DNA of 64,000 nucleotides from Bythopirellula sp. (lineage in GTDB: Bacteria; Planctomycetota; Planctomycetia; Pirellulales; Lacipirellulaceae): assembly GCA_965216565.1 (NCBI GenBank), contig OZ244170.1:4864001-4928000 (forward strand), given 5' to 3'. The notes beneath the pieces were generated by a model that worked only from the letters and a program-made list of their open reading frames with translations, was not told where the DNA came from and did not search any database. Both the position numbers and the translations under genes were made by a program. This document shows, piece after piece, positions 28,585-36,761 of the stretch (position 1 is its first letter; every line of letters begins with the position of its first letter).

Positions 28585-29475
28585 TTACATCAGCTCGTCG
28601 ACGAGTTTCAGCACAGGTTTAATCCGCTGCACGAGCGCGACGATTTCTTCGATGTTGTCGATCACACCGTCCAGAGAATCGCCAAAATCGAGACCTAGTT
28701 TTTCGGTGGTGTCGGTGAGGATATCGAGGGCTTTTGCAAAGTCGTCAAAGTCAGAGAGCACGGACTGCAATCCATCGTCGGCCACTTTGCTACGTGCCTT
28801 TTGGCTGGAGCTTTCCGCAACCTGCTTGGCTGTAGCGAGCGTCGAATCGGCCCGTTGCTGGGTTTCGTCCACGCCTTTCTCCATGGCTTGTATTAGCGTT
28901 TGGAGATTCTGGTCAGCATTGGCCCGCAGGGTGTCGTACTCGCTGTTGATCGATTCCTTTTTTGCCTCAAGCTCGGACAAAGAAGACGTCAGCTTGGCGA
29001 CAAAATCTTCAGCCGTATGCTGAGTCTGTTGACCGCTCGATTCGACTAGCTCGCTGTAAGCGGTGGAAGCGTCGTACAGCTCTTGAAGTTGGCTCTCGGT
29101 TGACCTAAGGCGAGATTCAAGATCTGAATCTGCGGCGGTCACCCGGCTCCTGGCAGTGGCCAAGTGCTGACTGATCTCGTCAGCCACTGTGGCGGACCGT
29201 TGTTCGGTTTCTGCTGCTTGCTGAAGTGTGATGTCGAATTTAGCGATTGCCTCTTGTTCGGCTTGATCGAATGTAGTTTGCAGGGAAGTGATCTTGTCTT
29301 GCAGGTTCCGCATACTCTGCTCTGCCGCTGCGCTACTGGTCTCGAACTGCTCTTCAATATGGTCGCCGAGTTCGGTAAGGGCCTGCATATCGCGGTGGGC
29401 TGACTCGCTGGCTTCAAGTAATTCTTGTGCCTTGCCCAGGTTCTCTTCTAGAAGGGCTTCAATGGTAACTGCCAT
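28585..29475 (-). CDS. Acidic helical protein A
   Basis: 296 aa; starts MAVTIEALLEENLGKAQEL; SD GGAG. Confidence 0.9.
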   Translation of the reverse strand: MAVTIEALLEENLGKAQELLEASESAHRDMQALTELGDHIEEQFETSSAAAEQSMRNLQDKITSLQTTFDQAEQEAIAKFDITLQQAAETEQRSATVADEISQHLATARSRVTAADSDLESRLRSTESQLQELYDASTAYSELVESSGQQTQHTAEDFVAKLTSSLSELEAKKESINSEYDTLRANADQNLQTLIQAMEKGVDETQQRADSTLATAKQVAESSSQKARSKVADDGLQSVLSDFDDFAKALDILTDTTEKLGLDFGDSLDGVIDNIEEIVALVQRIKPVLKLVDELM

Positions 29476-29553
29476 GAGTTACTCCATCTTGCTTTGTGGG
29501 TTAACGGGGACTGCCAGAACGTGAAGCACAGCTCCAATCGCTGGCGGTATTTG

Positions 29554-29583
29554 GGAATTGCCAATCTGCGAGCGAACCGGACA
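29554..29583 (-). promoter_or_regulatory. Putative ECF promoter (copy 3) ahead of the first cassette
   Basis: Minus strand reads TGTCCG-N14-TGGCAATTCC. Confidence 0.75.
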
Positions 29584-29615
29584 TGAATGGCAAAATTTTA
29601 TTTTTTGACGTCCGC

Positions 29616-29643
29616 TGTCCGCTTTTTCCGCTAGCTGGCAACT
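29616..29643 (+). promoter_or_regulatory. Putative ECF promoter (copy 4) ahead of the Ig-domain kinase
   Basis: Plus strand reads TGTCCG-N14-TGGCAACT. Confidence 0.68.
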
Positions 29644-29726
29644 AACCCTAAGAGCCCGGCACGCGAATGCAGCCGAGAGCCCCCATCCCCCCTCCTAATG
29701 TCACAAGTTTTGAAACAGGTGTAAAA

Positions 29727-32702
29727 ATGGCTTCCATCGAATGCGAATGCGGCGAACGAATTGAACTCAATCACGATGCCGGCGAAATTAACTGCCCCAG
29801 CTGCGGCAAGCGTTACACCATGAGTGTTAGTGCGGCAGAAGGTTCCGACACTGCGAAGGGCAATTCGTCCAAACCAGAAATTCGGAATACGCCACTCAGC
29901 GCAACCATGATGCAGGATTTACCTGCAGTCACGCAATTTGAGCGTCCGCATGGAGAATCAATCGTAGAGATGGCGTCCCGGCTCGCTCCGGCGGTTGCTG
30001 CCGCTGGTGCTATGGGGGTTGCTGATCCTAGCCAAGACATGCCAGCGCAGGGCGAGCAGCCACGGCGGAACTTTTTTTCCTCGCAGCCCTATCACCTGAC
30101 ACCCGGCCAGCGGAATGACGACGACACAGTCCCCAATGCAAGTGCCCAGACTGAGTTAAATACTGGATTGCGTCTGTTGGACCGCTACGAAGTACAACGA
30201 AAAATCGGCCAAGGTGGCATGAGTACCGTGTACGAAGCTTACGATGAAGTGCGCGGCGAGAATGTTGCGTTAAAGGTATTGCTGCCTACTCTCGCGGCCA
30301 ATCCTGTTTTGCAGGAGCGTTTCTTGCAAGAAGGTCGGCTGTCGAGCAATTTTTCTCATCCCAACATCGCCCGTGTCTATGATCTGCACCAAACTCCCAA
30401 TGGTGTTTTCCTGAGCATGGAGTTGCTACAAGGCTCTACGCTCCGGCACGATATGAACCGCCGGCACGATCAACGCCAATCCTTCAAGCCAACGGAAGTG
30501 TTGCAATTGATGGAGAAGATCTGCGCCGCGTTGGAAGTTGTTCATGCCGAGGAAGTCATCCACCGCGACTTGAAACCGGAGAACCTCTGGCTGGGTATCG
30601 ATGGTTCCTTGAAGGTGATGGACTTTGGTATCGCTCGCGAAGCAGCCCGCACCGCCTACACGTCCGGCGGACGAGGATCAGGGACACCGTATTACATCGC
30701 TCCCGAGCAACTTGCAGCCAGTCCAACGATCGATGGTCGAGCTGACCAGTATTCTGTCGCCATCATGATGTACGAGCTTCTTACCGGAGAATTACCTCAA
30801 GGTGCTTTCGTCGCTCCCCATGAAAAGAACCCTGAGATTCCCAAGAAAATGTCTCAGGCCATTTTCCGTGCTTTGGATGCCGATCCAGCTAACAGGTTCG
30901 ACAACATGCAGGAGTTTTACGAAGCTGCCCAATTCGATGCGCCTAAGCCCCTTAAGTTCAAAGTGTTAAATATGCTTGCCCAACTGAGTCTGATTGCTTT
31001 AGGAGCATTTGTGTTCTTTCGCTGGGGCATTCCTTTACTGGAATCTAAGGACATTCCTGTCTGGGCAACGGTGGGACCAAAGACCGTGGTAGAAAAAAAC
31101 GAATTGAAATTCAATCTACGGAATCCGCAGACTTCGGAACTCGAAGGAAAGCTAACTTACCGACTACTTTCCGACGCACCGATAGGTGCCGTTATTGATG
31201 CGAGCTCGGGTGAGTTTTCCTGGACGCCCACCGAAGCGCAAGGTCCCGGAGAGTATTCCTTTACAGTCATGGCAGTCACCGAGGAAGACGGAGATTCCCC
31301 AATGATTGAAGAACGAGAACTTCAGATCTCGGTCACCGAGAACATTGATCTCCCCGTCATTTCGAAGCCCAAAACCATCGATGCGAAAGAGCATGAGCCG
31401 CTGGTCGTCTCAATAGAGGCTACGGACGAAAACGTTCCGCAAATCGGACTCCGATATGAATTGCAGAGCCCACCGAGTGGGATGAGCATCGATAGCCGCA
31501 CAGGCGAGCTAACCTGGACTCCCAGTGAAAAACTTGGTGGCAATACGGTCCAGGTTCCCTTGCGTGTTTATCTCGAAGGCGACGACAACGATTCAAAATA
31601 CTCAGAGAGTATGGTTCGTTTTCGCGTCGATGAGACCATTGATGCCCCGGTAGTCACTTCGCCTGATCGCATCCATGGAGTCGTCGATCAGCCCTCCAAC
31701 TTCCGCGTGACAGTGTTGGACTCGAATGTTCCAGAGATAGACGACTATTTCCGTCTAAAAGGCGGCGATAAGATCGGCATGAGCGTGGACCCCAGAACAG
31801 GCGAGATCTTTTGGACACCTACCGCCCAACAAATGGAAGAAGACCTTGAGGTCATTCTGCAGGTTGTGTTGGACCAGGGGCAAAAGTCTGAGGTACTCTC
31901 AGAGCAATTGATCACCGTCTCCGCAAGTGGATCTATTGATGAAGATCAGCTCGGTTCCACGGAAGACACACCTCCATTGATTTCCGATACCATTGGGGGT
32001 GGTGGTTTCGGCGGCGGAAGCGGGGGTGTGATCGTCCAACGCCCTACCGGCAGCAATCATGGCACAGGCCACGGTTCCGCCCCAGTGCACGGTAGTCCAT
32101 TTCCCAGTAACAACAAACCCAACCGCCCCGGTGGTGGCAACAATCGACCTGGTGGTAGCAATAACCGACCCAACAATGGGCAGGGGGGACGCCAGGACCG
32201 CGACGAGAAGATCAAGCAAATTGTTGACTTAGTGAAGAAGTACAAAGAGAAAAAGAAGCAGAAGGACTTGCAAGATCTGATCAACAGCGGCGGACACTTA
32301 CGAGACAAGCTTAAGCAAACGTCCGGGCAGCAGGCCAAACCCTCGACCAGACCGTTCCCCGTGCAGGGCATTCAACTGCAAGATCTAAAGCGAAAAACCC
32401 AGAATAAGAGCGGCTGGAGCACCCTTCAAAAGAAGTCGAGTTCCAGTAGTTCCAATCAGAGCACTACGAATCGATCCAACTCAAGAGGTACTAGCGCTAG
32501 CAAGTCCAACAATTCCTGGTCGAGGGTGAACAACAACGTTCAGCAATGGTCTTCTCGGAATCGAAGTTCCAATTCCAGGAGTCAATCCTCCCAGTCCAAC
32601 TCTCGCAACAAGAGCAGGAATGGGCAGAACAATAACTCGAAGAGCAGTTCAGACAAGTGGAAGGATCTTAAGCAATTACAATCCTCGTTCCGCAATCGAT
32701 AG
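29727..32702 (+). CDS. Ser/Thr protein kinase: N-terminal Zn-ribbon, kinase, one TM, three Ig/cadherin-like (He_PIG-type) repeats, low-complexity tail
   Basis: CECG..CPSCG; IGQGGMSTVY, HRDLKPEN, DFG, GTPYYIAPEQ; three repeats of [IV]DxxxGExxWTP; S/N/R/K-rich C-terminus. Confidence 0.93.
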   Translation: MASIECECGERIELNHDAGEINCPSCGKRYTMSVSAAEGSDTAKGNSSKPEIRNTPLSATMMQDLPAVTQFERPHGESIVEMASRLAPAVAAAGAMGVADPSQDMPAQGEQPRRNFFSSQPYHLTPGQRNDDDTVPNASAQTELNTGLRLLDRYEVQRKIGQGGMSTVYEAYDEVRGENVALKVLLPTLAANPVLQERFLQEGRLSSNFSHPNIARVYDLHQTPNGVFLSMELLQGSTLRHDMNRRHDQRQSFKPTEVLQLMEKICAALEVVHAEEVIHRDLKPENLWLGIDGSLKVMDFGIAREAARTAYTSGGRGSGTPYYIAPEQLAASPTIDGRADQYSVAIMMYELLTGELPQGAFVAPHEKNPEIPKKMSQAIFRALDADPANRFDNMQEFYEAAQFDAPKPLKFKVLNMLAQLSLIALGAFVFFRWGIPLLESKDIPVWATVGPKTVVEKNELKFNLRNPQTSELEGKLTYRLLSDAPIGAVIDASSGEFSWTPTEAQGPGEYSFTVMAVTEEDGDSPMIEERELQISVTENIDLPVISKPKTIDAKEHEPLVVSIEATDENVPQIGLRYELQSPPSGMSIDSRTGELTWTPSEKLGGNTVQVPLRVYLEGDDNDSKYSESMVRFRVDETIDAPVVTSPDRIHGVVDQPSNFRVTVLDSNVPEIDDYFRLKGGDKIGMSVDPRTGEIFWTPTAQQMEEDLEVILQVVLDQGQKSEVLSEQLITVSASGSIDEDQLGSTEDTPPLISDTIGGGGFGGGSGGVIVQRPTGSNHGTGHGSAPVHGSPFPSNNKPNRPGGGNNRPGGSNNRPNNGQGGRQDRDEKIKQIVDLVKKYKEKKKQKDLQDLINSGGHLRDKLKQTSGQQAKPSTRPFPVQGIQLQDLKRKTQNKSGWSTLQKKSSSSSSNQSTTNRSNSRGTSASKSNNSWSRVNNNVQQWSSRNRSSNSRSQSSQSNSRNKSRNGQNNNSKSSSDKWKDLKQLQSSFRNR

Positions 32703-32782
32703 TGGCAAAGCTTCCGGCTGCAACCTACAATCCACCCTACCTCATACTAGGGGCTATTGAATGCCCCAGAACGGAGCGTGCC

Positions 32783-33169
32783 ATGGACTTCACCGTCCTC
32801 TTTTGCAAAGTCGTCGGCCCCGTGCTGATCTTACGTGCAATTTCCATCTACATCGATCGAACGCACTTTGACGAAATGCTCGATGGTCTACAGCGAGAAG
32901 TCAAAACGGTAAGCTTTTCCTTCTTTCCCATTGCACTCCTGATGACCTGCATCGCGATTGCGGTCACGCACTCGGATACCTCCAGCCCGGCGGGTTGGTT
33001 GATCTACGTCATCGCGTGGGGAGGGATCGTGAAAGGAACCTTACTGATGCTATTTCCGCATTTGATAGTCACAAAAGCCAAGCAGCTTTATCAGCATGGC
33101 TTATTGAATGTGGTGCTTAGCACTTGCCTAGTCCTAGGAGCCTATTTCACCTGGTTTGGCTACTGCTGA
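32783..33169 (+). CDS. Small four-TM membrane protein
   Basis: SD GGAG before ATG 32783; four hydrophobic segments. Confidence 0.75.
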   Translation: MDFTVLFCKVVGPVLILRAISIYIDRTHFDEMLDGLQREVKTVSFSFFPIALLMTCIAIAVTHSDTSSPAGWLIYVIAWGGIVKGTLLMLFPHLIVTKAKQLYQHGLLNVVLSTCLVLGAYFTWFGYC

Positions 33170-33301
33170 GGTGAACCACTCTGTTCCGAGAAACTCAGCA
33201 AGACGCTGAACAGGAAATCGAGATCGCACCTTGGAGATTCCGCCTGACTTGGTAATCTATCAAAGTGTGCCTTCACTATCTTTAGTCCCAGGTATTATCC
33301 A

Positions 33302-33736
33302 ATGGCGTTAACACCGTTTCACATAGCCGTTCAGGTCAGAGACATCTCTGAGGCCAGAAATTTCTATGGCGAGGTTCTAGGTTGTGGCGAAGGACGCAGC
33401 GACTCGAGCTGGGTCGATTTCAATCTCTTCGGACATCAGTACGTTTGCCACTTGAATCCTGATCTAGGGCAGGAAGGCAAGCTGGAATCGCACTATAACC
33501 CGGTGGATGGACATGGCGTACCAGTCCCACATTACGGAGTGGTACTCACCATGCCCCAGTGGGAACAGCTTGCCGATCGGCTCCGGGGCCACAAGGTCGA
33601 CTTTCTCATCGAGCCCTACACTCGATTTGAGGGTGAGCCGGGTGAACAAGCCACAATGTTCCTTTACGATCCGTCAGGCAACGCGCTGGAATTCAAAGCC
33701 TTTGCCGACATCGAGCGTCAGCTCTTCGAGCAATAA
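33302..33736 (+). CDS. VOC/glyoxalase-family protein
   Basis: [40 protein letters not shown]. Confidence 0.92.
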   Translation: MALTPFHIAVQVRDISEARNFYGEVLGCGEGRSDSSWVDFNLFGHQYVCHLNPDLGQEGKLESHYNPVDGHGVPVPHYGVVLTMPQWEQLADRLRGHKVDFLIEPYTRFEGEPGEQATMFLYDPSGNALEFKAFADIERQLFEQ

Positions 33737-33783
33737 ACTTCCAGCCACGTTGCACCTTGGATCGGGCCATGAGGCCAACCAAA

Positions 33784-36732
33784 CTAGCGTCTGCGCTTGC
33801 AGAGAACGCCTACGCAAGCCAATCCCAGTAGACTTAGGGAAGTCGGTTCTGGAACAGCAGAAACGGCAGCCGTTACGGGACTACTTCCATATTGGATCTG
33901 CCACTCAGCCAAGTCGGCGGAGCCCACGACTCCATCGCCATTAGCATCGCCATTGCTATTGTCGGTTTGTCCCGCCTGACCGACGTTTTGTTGCCAAATG
34001 AGGAAGTCCAAACCGCTGACGAATCCATCTCCATCGAAGTCTGCGTCGGTGGTGACAAACTCAACTTCTCCGGTAACAACGGCCCCCGAAACGGCATCGC
34101 GGTATTGGAACACGATAGCATTTGGGTCTGTGGCAGTATTGAAGATGTTTCCCAGAGCTTCTGAGCGACCATTAGTGAAGCTTGAGCTGCCTAGCAGGAA
34201 CGATTCTGCCAGAACATCGTTGTCAGAGCCCAATGCTTCGTCCCAAGTTTCGCCGACGCCGTCGCCAACCACCGAACCGGGATCGGGTCCATCCGTCGGA
34301 TCCAAGTTCTGATCACTAAAGCTCAACCAATTACTGGACTGATAGAGCGAAGCGACTGTGCTGCTCGAAAGTCGGTAAGAATTGATATCGAAGGTCGTAG
34401 TCGTGTTGTTCACAATCGCCGTACTGCCCGAATTGAGATTCACTTGCAGGGTCAGCAGGTCTGGGTCAACGCTGATAGGATTTTCGTCGGTGACGTAAAT
34501 TCGATCGATATCGAAGAATTCCGATCCGATGTTGAACCCGTTGTTTGCCACGAAACGCACCGAGTTTCCATCTCGTCCGGCTACGTGTGGGGCCGTTCCC
34601 AATAATACGAACGGATCGGTGTCGTCCTTGTAGTAAACAGAATAGTTCTCTGAGTCTTCATCGATTTCGAGAACCACTGTAAACGGATCAGTACGAGAGT
34701 GCGTCAAAGCGAACGGGCCAAATTCTGGAGCTCCAGTGGTCAGTCTTCCGACTAGCTCAATGTCGTCGGAAGTGTTTCGTTGAATTTGCCATTGGCCCGT
34801 AATGGTACTACCGCTGCTGCCGGTATCGTTATTGAGATACGACATGCGAACCTGTTCAGCTTCTTCCGCACCGCTCAATGTAGTTGTGAAGTTCCAGCCA
34901 GCAATTTCTGTAACGATCCATGATTTGCCGGATGTTACGTTAGCAATATCGAGGTAATTCGTACCGAAACCTTCGTTGTCTTTCTGGATACGATAAACTC
35001 CGTTGAGAACTTGCGAACCTAACATGTCGGTTGTGTCCTCGTCCCAATCATCCCCGCCCACTACGCTGTTCGTAGTACTTTCCAGGAGTGTTCCATTGGA
35101 ATCGTTGAATTCAAAATCTTGTGTGATACCAGCAGAAGTCTCCTGAGACACAAGAACGCACAGTGCCAGGGGCAGAAGCAGCAGCAAGTTGAAAGGTTTC
35201 ATCGCAGTTCTCTTAGAAGGCTTGTTCACGGATGTGTTTGTCATGGAATGAGAAGAGTTGTTAACGGCCTGTCGTTGCCGTCGTCCAACCAGAGTCACTA
35301 GACCGAGGCCGAAAAGTGCAATCGCGGAAGGCTCGGGAACGCTGGCTAACATCGCTTGAAACGATCCTAGGCCGTTAGCGGCATCGAAAGCTGTTTCGAA
35401 GATGCTAAAGTCAAAGATGTTGTTTTCACCATCATTGTTTAGATCGCCCATCTGGTAAGCTTGAGCCTCAGACAATGCCGACAAGTCTTGCTCAGCACCC
35501 GCAATAAAGACGGTCCAGTCGTCGACAGTAATCGAGCCATCGAAGTCTAAATCTCCGGGAGTTATACGCTCGCCTCCATTGCCGACGAAATTAACATTTG
35601 CTCTGCGAGTCACTCCGCCCGCAAACGTCAAAACGGCTTCCAGATCCTCGGTAGGATTCTGAATCCAAGGCCCACTATTTGGGTCGCTGCCTAGCAAAAC
35701 TTCTTGGGCAATACTCAAGTCTCCGCCGTCACCGGAGATCACCGATTCACTTAAGAGACTTGTCGTTGCCGAGAGAATCTGCCAATCGTCGTCCAAGTCA
35801 ACTGAACCGTCGCCGGGACCGGCTTGATTATCATAGTTGTCGGTAATCGAATTCCACTCCGAGGAGTCCAGTGCTCCTGACGAGGAACTGATGGCTACTG
35901 ATTCCAGACCGCTCAAGGCGGACCCTGTGGAGTTGACTAGCTTCATGCTGCCAGAGTTTCGGTCAATCTCTAGCGTTACCAGGTCAGTCAGCGGGTTTGT
36001 ATCGGCCACAGCTACCCGATTGATCCTGATATTCTCGTCGATGTCGAAACCAAAGTTGTTGTCAACCAGGAACCGAATGGAGTTTCCGTCTCTCGATGGT
36101 GCTACCTCGCCGATGCCTAGAGACTGAGAGGGGTTAGAGCCGTCTTTATAAAACAATTCATAGGTATTCGAAGTCTTATTTAGCTCTAGCACCATTGTGA
36201 CAGTCGAAGATTGAACCAGCCCGAAAGTGGCGGTCGTCGAGAGGTCGCTGGAACCAACACCAATCGCATCACCTTCAATCTGCATCTCTGTGGCAGATGT
36301 GCGGGCGATTCGCATCTGTGCGGTAATTGTGCTTCCACTGGTGCCGGTGTCGTTGTCCAGGAATGCGAATCGAACGCTCTCTAGATTGGCTGCGTCGAAG
36401 TCGCGAATATCCCAACCAGCAACTTCAACGCTGATGAATCGGCTCCCAACCGTATTGGGGTCGATATTGGCGATTTGAAGGTAGCTCGGAGCTGCTTCAT
36501 CGTTGAACTTATTGATCCGGAAGTTTCCAGCGCCGTCCATTTCCGATTCCGTGAGATTTCCGCTTGTGTCCGACCAGTTGTTTCCCCCATTGGAACTATT
36601 AACCGCCGAACCCAAGGGTGTGAACTGAGCTTCGTTAAACTCAAACGTTTCGAATTCCACTGCCGAGGCTTGGGGACCAATCCCGACAACGATGAGACAA
36701 GTAATAATGCACAAACCGAAAACTCTAAGCAT
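33784..36732 (-). CDS. Secreted protein made of two PEP-CTERM units fused in frame
   Basis: Signal peptide, domain, dockerin-like repeats, internal VPEP-TM-RRQR, a second signal-like segment (MKPFNLLLLLPLALCVLV), a paralogous domain, dockerin-like repeats and a terminal VPEP-TM-KRRR. Confidence 0.85.
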   Translation of the reverse strand: MLRVFGLCIITCLIVVGIGPQASAVEFETFEFNEAQFTPLGSAVNSSNGGNNWSDTSGNLTESEMDGAGNFRINKFNDEAAPSYLQIANIDPNTVGSRFISVEVAGWDIRDFDAANLESVRFAFLDNDTGTSGSTITAQMRIARTSATEMQIEGDAIGVGSSDLSTTATFGLVQSSTVTMVLELNKTSNTYELFYKDGSNPSQSLGIGEVAPSRDGNSIRFLVDNNFGFDIDENIRINRVAVADTNPLTDLVTLEIDRNSGSMKLVNSTGSALSGLESVAISSSSGALDSSEWNSITDNYDNQAGPGDGSVDLDDDWQILSATTSLLSESVISGDGGDLSIAQEVLLGSDPNSGPWIQNPTEDLEAVLTFAGGVTRRANVNFVGNGGERITPGDLDFDGSITVDDWTVFIAGAEQDLSALSEAQAYQMGDLNNDGENNIFDFSIFETAFDAANGLGSFQAMLASVPEPSAIALFGLGLVTLVGRRQRQAVNNSSHSMTNTSVNKPSKRTAMKPFNLLLLLPLALCVLVSQETSAGITQDFEFNDSNGTLLESTTNSVVGGDDWDEDTTDMLGSQVLNGVYRIQKDNEGFGTNYLDIANVTSGKSWIVTEIAGWNFTTTLSGAEEAEQVRMSYLNNDTGSSGSTITGQWQIQRNTSDDIELVGRLTTGAPEFGPFALTHSRTDPFTVVLEIDEDSENYSVYYKDDTDPFVLLGTAPHVAGRDGNSVRFVANNGFNIGSEFFDIDRIYVTDENPISVDPDLLTLQVNLNSGSTAIVNNTTTTFDINSYRLSSSTVASLYQSSNWLSFSDQNLDPTDGPDPGSVVGDGVGETWDEALGSDNDVLAESFLLGSSSFTNGRSEALGNIFNTATDPNAIVFQYRDAVSGAVVTGEVEFVTTDADFDGDGFVSGLDFLIWQQNVGQAGQTDNSNGDANGDGVVGSADLAEWQIQYGSSPVTAAVSAVPEPTSLSLLGLACVGVLCKRRR

Positions 36733-36761
36733 CAGACTACCCTCCGAATGATCGCAAACAA

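Noticed and set aside
21659..29475. Helical array as methyl-accepting chemotaxis proteins or phage tape-measure fragments
   Set aside because: No MCP hairpin signature, and no che or phage genes nearby. The genes are intact, separately initiated (most with a recognisable SD) and in conserved A-D order.
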